NCBI GenBank assembly: GCA_025357545.1
Contig: JANXPB010000147.1
Coordinates: 8,361-72,360 of the forward strand
Source: Holophagaceae bacterium
Lineage (GTDB): Bacteria; Acidobacteriota; Holophagae; Holophagales; Holophagaceae
DNA: 64,000 bases
Direction of reading: 5' to 3'
Made by a program: the position numbers and the translations under genes. Below are positions 41,058-49,307 of the stretch, in pieces (the first letter of the stretch is position 1; every line of letters starts with the position of its first letter). The notes under the pieces were generated by a model. The model did not search any database and was not told the origin of the DNA. It saw only the letters and a program-made list of their open reading frames with translations.

Positions 41058-42734
41058 TTAGTTCACCGAAAGGGTGTAGTTACGACTGCCCACGATAGGG
41101 ACTTGGGTCCGGAGGGCGTGCACCCGTACCCGCACTCGAGCCACATAGGCCCCGGGCGCCAAGTTGGCCAGGGTGACGGTCTGGGTGCTGCCCTCGGTGA
41201 AGCTGCCGGAGTAGTAGCCGCCGGGCCCCAGTACTTCGATCCACATGCCGGTACCGCCATTGAAGGTGATGATGCGGCTACCGGTGGCGGCCTGGGTGAA
41301 GCGATAAGCGCGGGACTGGTCGGGTTCGAAGAAAAACTCCGCGGAGGGATCGGTGGACTCACGGAAGATCAAAGCTCCAGCTCCCGGGAAGTAGCCCCAC
41401 AGTTTGGTGCCCGCGAAATAGGCGGGAGTGGGTTCCGGGATATTTTCCTGCGCCAGTTGGGCCAGCGTGGAAGTCCATGCATTGGAACTTACGCGGCTCT
41501 TCACGCCCAGCAGGTAGCTGGGGTAGCACCCCAGGGTGCCAAAGGTGTATTCACCCGAGCCATCCGTCAATGCGGTATTGGAACGGGCCGCCTGCCAGAG
41601 GGTCGTCAGCGAGGGCGTATCCCCAGCCAAGGAATTCTTCCAAATGCCCCAAAGGGAGGTAGCGATGGAACCCCGGGTGAATTCAGATCGGTTGGCGTTC
41701 GTAATCTGGCTATGGAGGCTGAGGTCGAAGCTTTCCACTTGAAAGCCGCCGACGTCGTTCACATAGCTGTCCAGCAGCAGTGGAGTGTTTCGCAAGGCCC
41801 CGGCCAAGAAGTCACAGTAGCCACCCACGAAAGCGGCGGTGCTCTCGCTCGGCCGGTAGCGACTCACATAGACGTTGTCGTTGTCGCGGCGGAGTAGGGA
41901 CAGGGCGCTGGAGCCATCCCCTTTGAAGCTGTAGTCCGCGAACAGAAGGTGGGCGCTGTTCTCCTGGATCACACCATCATCCCATTCGTCGGTTTCGGTG
42001 TTGGCCCCGCCATTCTGAAGGCCGTTGAAACTCTGCGCGAACACCGCGCGGCCGTTGCTGATGACGACCTGGTTGCTGCCATTCTTCAACACCGACGGAT
42101 AGGTGCGCAGTTGGTGGACAGGATTGGAGTTGGTGGACCAGTAGGCGAAGAGGCTGGGCAGGCGAAGGGCCGGCTCCAGCCCCTTGAGCGCTAGGCCCTG
42201 GGACAGCATCTGGTCGTTGATGTTGAAGGCGCCCGCGATGCGGCTGGCGGCAGTGGCCGTCACAGTGAGTGTCCCGCCGGTGTTGGCGGTGATGTTGCTG
42301 CTGGCCACCGCCCACTCGTCGTTAAGGGTGAAGGCCGTCGTGGTATCATAGGGCTGGTTCAACACCCCGCCCCGCATGAAGTAATCATTGGTGGCGGTGC
42401 CCCCGGTGACTTCGTATTCCGCAAAGATCCGGGCGTAGAGCTGGGTGTTGGCCGCCACGTCCACAGCGGCGCTGCCGTCGCTGCCCAGGTAGCCCGAGGC
42501 GATGAGGGCGTCGCCGTTGGTCTGACGAACCTCGACATAGGAATGGCGGATGGGCTGGACCGTAGTGACGCCGAATCCCGATGGACTAAGGGTCCGCTTC
42601 TCAAATTGCCCCTGGACGGTCACTCGGACCGTCCCGCCACCCGAGCCGCCATCTGGGCCCACAGCGCTGGTGCAGCCCACCAGCAGGGCCAGGGGGAGGG
42701 CAAAGAGCCAAGTACGCCAATTCAATAGGCTCAT
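41058..42734 (-). CDS. Hypothetical lipoprotein (large secreted beta-rich protein)
   Basis: Lipobox LLVGC after MSLLNWRTWLFALPLA. 558 aa rich in T/S/G/N. The C-terminal ~90 aa resemble a pre-peptidase C-terminal-type beta-sandwich (weak). Confidence 0.55.
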   Translation of the reverse strand: MSLLNWRTWLFALPLALLVGCTSAVGPDGGSGGGTVRVTVQGQFEKRTLSPSGFGVTTVQPIRHSYVEVRQTNGDALIASGYLGSDGSAAVDVAANTQLYARIFAEYEVTGGTATNDYFMRGGVLNQPYDTTTAFTLNDEWAVASSNITANTGGTLTVTATAASRIAGAFNINDQMLSQGLALKGLEPALRLPSLFAYWSTNSNPVHQLRTYPSVLKNGSNQVVISNGRAVFAQSFNGLQNGGANTETDEWDDGVIQENSAHLLFADYSFKGDGSSALSLLRRDNDNVYVSRYRPSESTAAFVGGYCDFLAGALRNTPLLLDSYVNDVGGFQVESFDLSLHSQITNANRSEFTRGSIATSLWGIWKNSLAGDTPSLTTLWQAARSNTALTDGSGEYTFGTLGCYPSYLLGVKSRVSSNAWTSTLAQLAQENIPEPTPAYFAGTKLWGYFPGAGALIFRESTDPSAEFFFEPDQSRAYRFTQAATGSRIITFNGGTGMWIEVLGPGGYYSGSFTEGSTQTVTLANLAPGAYVARVRVRVHALRTQVPIVGSRNYTLSVN

Positions 42735-42777
42735 AGGGGACCTCTGGCTTGAGAAGGAAAGAAGCGGGTGAAAAAGA

Positions 42778-43989
42778 TCAGTGCGTCGAGAGTTGGGATT
42801 GGTTCAAAGGCCGTGCCAAGGAGTCGGGGATGAAGATGTCCCAGGTTCCAAAGTGGTCTCCTGCTGCCCATGGGGAGTGGGCCAAAAGATCCCAAGTATC
42901 TATTAATCTAACATTAAAAGGTGGTCCGCCAGCGGGGTAGGTGGATCGAAAAAGATGGACTTCATCCACCAACCCGGCCCGGAGCAAGGCTTCCGCGAGG
43001 ATGGCACCACCCTCCGCCAGCACCCGGGCGACCCCCTTGGAGGACAACTCATGCAACAAGTGTCGCAAACTGCATCCGTTCCCGAGGACAGAGGGCGGCA
43101 CCTGGAGATCCTCGACTCCCCGAAGGCGAGGGGCCTCACACGCAAGGACCCTGAGGGCGGGTTGACCCGGCACTGGACACCAGACGCGCCGATCGGCACC
43201 TAGGCTGCCCCGGCTGTCCAACACCACGCGGTAGAAGCGCCGGTGGGCGGGGGTAGGCTGGGGCCACCGGTCGGTCAGCAGCGGGTCGTCCTGGGCCACG
43301 GTGCCCCGTCCTACCAGAATGGCGTCCGACGCCCTCCGCAGGGCGTGGGCCAGGGATTGGATAGGTTGGGGCGTGACTTGGGTGGTCTCGTCTAGGGGTC
43401 CCAGGGCGCCATCCGAACCGATGGAGAGTTTCAGGGAGACCCAAGGCAAACCAGTGCAGATGAGTTTGAAGAAGGGGGCATGGATCCGACTGCAAGGGGA
43501 GTGCAGAACGCCTTCCAGCACCTCGATTCCGGCAGCCCTTAGGATGGCCACGCCGCCCCCGTCGACCCGGGGGTTGGGGTCCCGGACACCGATCACCACC
43601 CGGGCGATTCCGGCTTGGATCAACGCATCCGTGCATGGAGGAGTGCGCCCGTGGTGACAGCAGGGCTCCAGGGTCACGTAGGCAGTGGCTCCGCGCACAT
43701 CCCATTCCTCGGCTTCCATGAGCGCCACGATCTCGCCATGGGGGTCCCCGGCCCGGGTATGTGCGCCCCGGCCCAGAATCTCCCCCTCGCGCACCAGTAG
43801 GCAGCCCACCGGGGGGTTGGGGCTGGACAAGCCAACACCCTTTTGGGCCTCCCGCAGGGCCAGAGCCATGAAGTGCTCATCGCCACCTAGGTTGCCCGGG
43901 TCCGGAAAGGGGCCTCGGCAGGCCAGGTCCCAGGCCAGGGCCGGGGTCAACTCAGACACAGAGCAATCCGTCCACGAAGGCTTCTGCAT
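42778..43989 (-). CDS. ribD: Bifunctional riboflavin biosynthesis deaminase/reductase RibD
   Basis: HGEIVAL and TLEPCCHHGRTPPC deaminase motifs, plus a C-terminal reductase domain. The start is uncertain because the ORF start overlaps the ftsY 3' end. Confidence 0.9.
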   Translation of the reverse strand: MQKPSWTDCSVSELTPALAWDLACRGPFPDPGNLGGDEHFMALALREAQKGVGLSSPNPPVGCLLVREGEILGRGAHTRAGDPHGEIVALMEAEEWDVRGATAYVTLEPCCHHGRTPPCTDALIQAGIARVVIGVRDPNPRVDGGGVAILRAAGIEVLEGVLHSPCSRIHAPFFKLICTGLPWVSLKLSIGSDGALGPLDETTQVTPQPIQSLAHALRRASDAILVGRGTVAQDDPLLTDRWPQPTPAHRRFYRVVLDSRGSLGADRRVWCPVPGQPALRVLACEAPRLRGVEDLQVPPSVLGNGCSLRHLLHELSSKGVARVLAEGGAILAEALLRAGLVDEVHLFRSTYPAGGPPFNVRLIDTWDLLAHSPWAAGDHFGTWDIFIPDSLARPLNQSQLSTH

Positions 43990-44863
43990 CGAAAGGGATC
44001 AGATCGTCGAGACCCTCACCCACACCCACAAAGGCAATGGGCAATTTCAGGCGCTCCAGGATGGGCACCACTACACCGCCCTTGGCGCTGCCATCCAGCT
44101 TGGTAAGCACCAGGTCGGTCACTGCGGCGGCCTGCTTGAAGGCCTCGGCCTGCTGGAGCCCATTCTGGCCAGTGGTGGCGTCGAGCACCAGCAGCACACG
44201 GTGAGGGGCGTCGGGGAGCACTTTTTGGAGGCTACGGTGAATCTTATCCAATTCCTTCATAAGATGCTCCTTGGTATGGAGCCGCCCCGCCGTGTCGATC
44301 AGCACCCAAGGCGTGCCCTTGGCTTTGGCGCTGGTGGCGCCGTCAAAAGCGATGGCCGCTGGATCACCGCCCATCTGGTTGCGAATCACTGGCACCCCGG
44401 CCCGCTGTCCCCAGAGCTCCAGCTGGTCGATGGCTGCCGCGCGAAAGGTATCGCCTGCGACCACCAGGACATCCTCGCCCCGGGCTTTGAGATGTGCCGC
44501 GAGCTTGCCCAGGGTCGTGGTCTTGCCCACACCGTTCACGCCCACCAGCAGGACCACCTGGGTGGTGGGGGCCAGGAAGGGCCGCCCGGGTTGAGTGCGG
44601 ATGATCTTGAGCAGCTCATCCTTGAGCAGGGCCTTGGGGTCGATCTCGCCGCTGCGCTTCAGCTCGAAGCGCAAACGCTCCATGAGCCGTCCTACCGCAT
44701 GGACGCCCAGGTCGGCCTGAAGGAGGAGATCCTCTATTTCCAGCAGCTGATCTTCATCAAGCTTCCGCAGGCCCAACAGATGGCCCAGGGGCCGCAACAC
44801 CACTTCCTGGGTGCGCTGAAGCCCCAGTCGGAACTTGTCCATCAAGTCACTGAAAAGAGCCAC
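43952..44863 (-). CDS. ftsY: Signal recognition particle receptor FtsY (short form)
   Basis: GVNGVGKTTTLGKLA, DTFRAAA, DTAGRLH, TKLDGSAKGG. Confidence 0.95.
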   Translation of the reverse strand: MALFSDLMDKFRLGLQRTQEVVLRPLGHLLGLRKLDEDQLLEIEDLLLQADLGVHAVGRLMERLRFELKRSGEIDPKALLKDELLKIIRTQPGRPFLAPTTQVVLLVGVNGVGKTTTLGKLAAHLKARGEDVLVVAGDTFRAAAIDQLELWGQRAGVPVIRNQMGGDPAAIAFDGATSAKAKGTPWVLIDTAGRLHTKEHLMKELDKIHRSLQKVLPDAPHRVLLVLDATTGQNGLQQAEAFKQAAAVTDLVLTKLDGSAKGGVVVPILERLKLPIAFVGVGEGLDDLIPFDAEAFVDGLLCV

Positions 44864-44890
44864 GAGAACCTCGGAACCCTTCAGTATAGC

Positions 44891-44945
44891 TTAGGGACCG
44901 TAACGAATAACCGGTGCTCTTCCGGTTATTCGTTACGGTCCCTAA
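44891..44945. repeat. Perfect 24-bp-stem inverted repeat (7-nt loop)
   Basis: TTAGGGACCGTAACGAATAACCGG - TGCTCTT - CCGGTTATTCGTTACGGTCCCTAA. Intergenic, between the ftsY start and the upstream TPR gene stop. Confidence 0.9.
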
Positions 44946-45003
44946 TGCCGGACGAAGTCCGGCGCGATGGGTGGTGCTCCGAGGAAGATCGAAGGAGCTG
45001 TTC

Positions 45004-45017
45004 GTTCCACGTGGAAC
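45004..45017. promoter_or_regulatory. Perfect palindrome GTTCCACGTGGAAC (candidate operator)
   Basis: Intergenic, 5 nt from the TPR gene stop and ~140 nt upstream of ftsY. A 13/14 match is at 28261-28274. Confidence 0.3.
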
Positions 45018-45021
45018 ATGC

Positions 45022-45876
45022 CTATTTGGACTTAGCCCCGCGGCGCTCAGCCTTCAGGTAACGCTCGGCTTGGCGCAGGTTTTCCTGTAGTTCCGGGTTG
45101 CCCGGATTGGCGACGAGTGCCCCACGGAAGTCCTCCGCGCTGGCCTGGTAGTGGTGCAGTTCAAAATTGGTTCGGCCCCGGTTGTAGTGAGCCTCGGGAA
45201 GAACGGGATCCAGTGCCAGAGCCTGGTCCAGGGCTTCCAGGGCCTCGGCCCAGGCCTTCCGCTCATTGAGACAGCGGCCCAGATCCGACCAGGCATGGGG
45301 TTGTTTGGGGTCGCCCTTGATGGATTCGAGAAGCTGGGGCTCCGCCTCACTGAACCGGGTTTGCCGGGCCAGGGCCTCGCCCTTCCAGGCCAAAGCCTCG
45401 GGATCTCCAACCTTCATCGCCAATAAAGCTTCTGCGGAGGCCTGCAGGACGGGCCAGTCGGGGATCAACCGCGCCTCGGAACAGGCGGATCGATAGCCAG
45501 TCAGGGACCCCAACCGACCGTTCTCCTGATGGGCAGCCCAAGCTTCCTGGTGCCGGCCCAAATGGCTGAGGGCGCTGGCGCGAAGCAGCCGCTCAAGGCC
45601 TGCCCTTGGGCCCGTCTTGGCTTCGAGTTGAGGAATGGCGGTGTCACAGACCTCCAGCAATCGTTCCCATCGTTGGGCCTTTTGCAACGATTTGAGCCAG
45701 AAGGTCAAGAACAGTCCCCGGTCCCTGGGGCTCAGGGCTTCGAAGAAATCGGCGAGCTCATCCCATTTCTGGGCCTTTTCGAGCGCTTTTCCTCGGGCCT
45801 GGATGGCTTGGGGCGAAAGGTTCTGTGCCGTGGCAGAAGGGAACTGGTAAAAAAAATAAACCTTTGACCCAGTCAT
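45022..45876 (-). CDS. TPR-repeat protein
   Basis: Repeated TPR consensus (AWSDLGRCLNERKAWAEALEALDQALALDP, AHYNRGRTNFELHHYQASAEDFRGALVANP). Confidence 0.7.
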   Translation of the reverse strand: MTGSKVYFFYQFPSATAQNLSPQAIQARGKALEKAQKWDELADFFEALSPRDRGLFLTFWLKSLQKAQRWERLLEVCDTAIPQLEAKTGPRAGLERLLRASALSHLGRHQEAWAAHQENGRLGSLTGYRSACSEARLIPDWPVLQASAEALLAMKVGDPEALAWKGEALARQTRFSEAEPQLLESIKGDPKQPHAWSDLGRCLNERKAWAEALEALDQALALDPVLPEAHYNRGRTNFELHHYQASAEDFRGALVANPGNPELQENLRQAERYLKAERRGAKSK

Positions 45877-45896
45877 ACTGAATATTATTAATGATA

Positions 45897-48314
45897 TTAA
45901 CGTTTAGATTTTGTTTTCTTCCGCTTCTCGGGTTGGATCCAGCCCTTCAACGCCAACTCGAAGACTTCTTCCACGTGGCTGACGGGATGGAAACGGAGCT
46001 TCTTGCGGACCACCGGCTCGATGTCCTCCAGGTCCTTCAGGTTCGGTTTGGGGATGATGATGTCGTGGATGCCCAGGCGCAGAGCGGCCAGGCTCTTTTC
46101 CTTGAGCCCCCCGATGGCCAGGGCCTCGCCCCGGAGGTCGATTTCCCCAGTCATGGCCAAAGTGTTCTGGACTGGAACTCCCTTCAGAACCGAGAGCAAA
46201 GCAGTGGCCATGGCGAGTCCGGCGGAAGGGCCGTCCTTGGGGATGGCCCCCTCGGGGAAGTGGATGTGCAGGTCCCGTTTCTGGAAGGCCTCGGGGTCGA
46301 TCTCGAAGGCTTCACTGCGGGACCGGATATAGCTGAGTGCTGCCTGGGCGCTCTCTTTCATGACGTCGCCCAGTTGGCCGGTCAGGATCAGGCCACCTTT
46401 CCCTGGCATGGACAAGGCTTCCACAAACAGCACTTCCCCACCGGTGGAGGTCCATGCCAAACCGGTCACCACGCCGATCTTGGGGGTCTTGAGGCGTTCG
46501 TCCGGAAGGATTTTGATGGGCCCCAGGATTTCGTGGATGTTCTTCTCGGTGAGCGTCACCTTCGTTTTGAAGCTCTCATCAGCCACCCGGCGCGCGATCT
46601 TCCGGCATACGGCGCCGATTTCACGCTCCAGCTGCCGCAGCCCCGCTTCCCGCGTGTAGCCCCGGATCAGGGAACTGAGTCCGCTCTTGGTGAACACCAG
46701 CTGTTTGGCGGTGATGCCATGCTTTTCCAGCTGCTTGGGGATCAGGTGCCGCTCGGCGATGCCGAGCTTTTCCTCCAGGGTGTAGCTGGACAGGCTGATG
46801 ATCTCCATGCGGTCGCGGAAGGCGGGGTGGATGGGATCCAGCTCGTTAGCATTGGCCAGGAAGAGCACCTGGGATAGGTCCAGGGGCACGTTCAGGTAGT
46901 GGTCGCGGAATGTATGGTTCTGCTCGGGGTCCAGCACTTCCAGCAGGGCCGCGGAGGGGTCCCCACGCATGTCGCGGCCGATCTTGTCCACCTCGTCCAG
47001 CATGATGACGGGGTTCATGGTCTTCACCTGATGGAGGGCCTGGACGAGGCGGCCCGGCATGGCGCCCACGTAGGTGCGGCGATGGCCGCGGATCTCGCTT
47101 TCGTCATGCACGCCGCCCAGGGAGATGCGGGCGTACTTTCTTCCCAGAGCCTTGGCGATGCTGCGGCCCAGGCTCGTCTTCCCCACGCCCGGCGGGCTCA
47201 CCAGGCAGAGGATCGTGCCCTTCAGCCCCGGGTTCAATTTGCGCACCGCCAGGAATTCCAGGAGCCGGTCCTTGATCTTCTGCAGCCCGAAGTGGTCTTC
47301 GTCGAGGACCTCCGCGGCCTTTTTGAGATCGAGACTCTCCTCGTCCATTACCCCCCAGGGCAGCTCGGTCATCCACTCCAGGTAGGTGCGCGTCACCGCG
47401 GTTTCACTGCTGTCCGGGTGCATGCGCTCGAGCTTCTTGAGCTGCCGCTCGATCTCGGTCATCACCTCTTCGGGGACCTTGAGCTTGGCCAGCTTGTCGC
47501 GGAAGGCCTGGATTTCTTCAGCCAGCTCGGAACCCTCGCCCAACTCCTGCTGGATGGCCTTCAGTTGTTGGCGGAGGTAGTATTCGCGCTGGCCTTTGTC
47601 GATTTCGCCCTTGGCTTCCAGCGTGATCTTCTGCTGCACCTCCAGCAGCTCGATCTCGCGCATCAGCAGTTCATTCACGCGCTTCAGGCGGGGCAGCGGA
47701 TCCGTGATTTCCAGGACCTCCTGAAGCTGGGAAGGCTTCAATTCCAGATTGGAAGCCACCAGGTCAGACAGGCGCCCTGGATTCTCCAGGTTGGAGGCGA
47801 TGACCAGTACTTCCTGGGGCATGGACTTGCCCAATGTCACAGCCTTGTCGAGGGTCTGCTTCACCGACCGCATGAGGGCATCGGATTCCACGGTGGGCAG
47901 GATGCCTTCGGGCTCCGTCACGGGCTCCACGCGGGCCTTGAGCAGTTCTTCGGTCTCGGTGAAATATTCCACGCGGACCCGCTGGAGGCCCTGCACCAGG
48001 GCCCGGATGCGGCCGTCGGGAAGCTTCAGCACGCGCATGATGAGGGCTGCGGTGCCGATGCGGTACAGGTCGTCGGGCCCCGGGTTGTCCATCTCCACCT
48101 GCTTCTGGGAAAGCAGCAGCACCATGCGGTTCTCCACCAGCGCCGTGTCCACGGCCCGCAGGGATTTCTCCCGGCTCACACTGAGAGGTTGGATGACGTA
48201 GGGATAGACCACCACATCCCTTAGGGGCAGCACGGGCAAAACCTCGGGGATGCGGGGGGTGTCTTCGATCTGCAGAAGCTGGGAAGTGGTTTCCTCGGCC
48301 ATGGCGTACCTCAA
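45897..48314 (-). CDS. lon: ATP-dependent Lon protease
   Basis: LPVLPLRDVVVYP LON N-domain, SPPGVGKTSLGRSIA Walker A, and PKDGPSAG catalytic Ser. Confidence 0.97.
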   Translation of the reverse strand: MRYAMAEETTSQLLQIEDTPRIPEVLPVLPLRDVVVYPYVIQPLSVSREKSLRAVDTALVENRMVLLLSQKQVEMDNPGPDDLYRIGTAALIMRVLKLPDGRIRALVQGLQRVRVEYFTETEELLKARVEPVTEPEGILPTVESDALMRSVKQTLDKAVTLGKSMPQEVLVIASNLENPGRLSDLVASNLELKPSQLQEVLEITDPLPRLKRVNELLMREIELLEVQQKITLEAKGEIDKGQREYYLRQQLKAIQQELGEGSELAEEIQAFRDKLAKLKVPEEVMTEIERQLKKLERMHPDSSETAVTRTYLEWMTELPWGVMDEESLDLKKAAEVLDEDHFGLQKIKDRLLEFLAVRKLNPGLKGTILCLVSPPGVGKTSLGRSIAKALGRKYARISLGGVHDESEIRGHRRTYVGAMPGRLVQALHQVKTMNPVIMLDEVDKIGRDMRGDPSAALLEVLDPEQNHTFRDHYLNVPLDLSQVLFLANANELDPIHPAFRDRMEIISLSSYTLEEKLGIAERHLIPKQLEKHGITAKQLVFTKSGLSSLIRGYTREAGLRQLEREIGAVCRKIARRVADESFKTKVTLTEKNIHEILGPIKILPDERLKTPKIGVVTGLAWTSTGGEVLFVEALSMPGKGGLILTGQLGDVMKESAQAALSYIRSRSEAFEIDPEAFQKRDLHIHFPEGAIPKDGPSAGLAMATALLSVLKGVPVQNTLAMTGEIDLRGEALAIGGLKEKSLAALRLGIHDIIIPKPNLKDLEDIEPVVRKKLRFHPVSHVEEVFELALKGWIQPEKRKKTKSKR

Positions 48315-48337
48315 GCCTTCAGTCTAGCGGCCCCTCG

Positions 48338-48910
48338 TCACTTGGACTTGCTCCGCCTCGGCGGCGGATCTTCAGTGGGGAAAAGCGGCAATTCCCGGCC
48401 CTCGGGCAGCGCGGTGGATTTCGTCCTGGGCAGCGGGGAATCCACCGGTTTGGCTTCGCGGTGCATCAAGGCCTCTTCCAGGGCGCGGACGAAATCCGGA
48501 AGGTCCTTGAAGTCCCGGTAGACACTTGCAAAGCGCACATAGGCCACCGAATCCAGATGCTTGAGTGAGTCCATCACCAATTCGCCCAATTCCCGGCTGG
48601 GGATTTCGCGTTCGGGCCGTTCGAGCAGCCGGGCCTGGATGTCGCTGGCGGCCTCTTCCAGCTTGTCCAAGGACACGGGGCGCTTCTGGCAGGCGATGCT
48701 GAGCCCGCGGAGGAGCTTGGACCGGTCGAAGGATTCGCGCCGGCCATCCTTCTTAACCACCAGCAGCGGCGATTCCTCCACACGTTCGTAGCTCGTGAAG
48801 CGCCGGCCACAGGCCAGGCACTCGCGCCGCCGCCGGATGGCGTCGCCTTCCCGGGATTCACGGGAATCCACGACCTTGTCTTCGGGGTGGGTACAGAAGG
48901 GACAGCGCAC
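48338..48910 (-). CDS. nrdR: Transcriptional repressor NrdR (with ~35-aa C-terminal extension)
   Basis: GTG start at 48910 gives (M)RCPFCTHPEDKVVDSR...CLACGRRFTSYE zinc ribbon plus an ATP-cone. Confidence 0.88.
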   Translation of the reverse strand: MRCPFCTHPEDKVVDSRESREGDAIRRRRECLACGRRFTSYERVEESPLLVVKKDGRRESFDRSKLLRGLSIACQKRPVSLDKLEEAASDIQARLLERPEREIPSRELGELVMDSLKHLDSVAYVRFASVYRDFKDLPDFVRALEEALMHREAKPVDSPLPRTKSTALPEGRELPLFPTEDPPPRRSKSK

Positions 48911-48917
48911 CGCGCGC

Positions 48918-49301
48918 TCAGACCGACGCCCAGATGCGCCGCAGCGAATCGGGGAGTCCCATGGGGTCGAAAGGCTTCGCCAGCACATGGAGGGCGCCGC
49001 AGGCCCTGAGCTGGGCCACCTCCTGGGGCTGCACCTTGGCCGTCATGAAGACCACGGGGGTTTCGGCCAGGGTTGGGATCTCGCGCAGGCGCTTGAGGGT
49101 CGTGGGGCCGTCCATGCCGGGCATCATCACATCCATGAGGATCAGGTCCGGGGCGAAAGCCTGGGCCTTCCCAATGGCTTCAGGGCCTGATCCACAGATC
49201 TCCACCGTGAACCCGCCCACCGCCGTCAGGCTCAGCTGGGCCACCGTCCGGATGTCCAAATCGTCATCCACCATGAGGATCCGCTGCAACCCGCCCATCA
49301 A
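48918..49301 (-). CDS. Single-domain response regulator (CheY-like receiver)
   Basis: ILMVDDD, LILMDVMMPGMDG, VVFMTAK. Confidence 0.9.
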   Translation of the reverse strand: MMGGLQRILMVDDDLDIRTVAQLSLTAVGGFTVEICGSGPEAIGKAQAFAPDLILMDVMMPGMDGPTTLKRLREIPTLAETPVVFMTAKVQPQEVAQLRACGALHVLAKPFDPMGLPDSLRRIWASV

Positions 49302-49307
49302 CCCCCT

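Noticed and set aside
43685-45061. 458-aa + strand ORF (also 45891-46877 and 46899-48224)
   Set aside because: Antisense to ftsY/ribD and to lon respectively, all of which carry canonical motifs.
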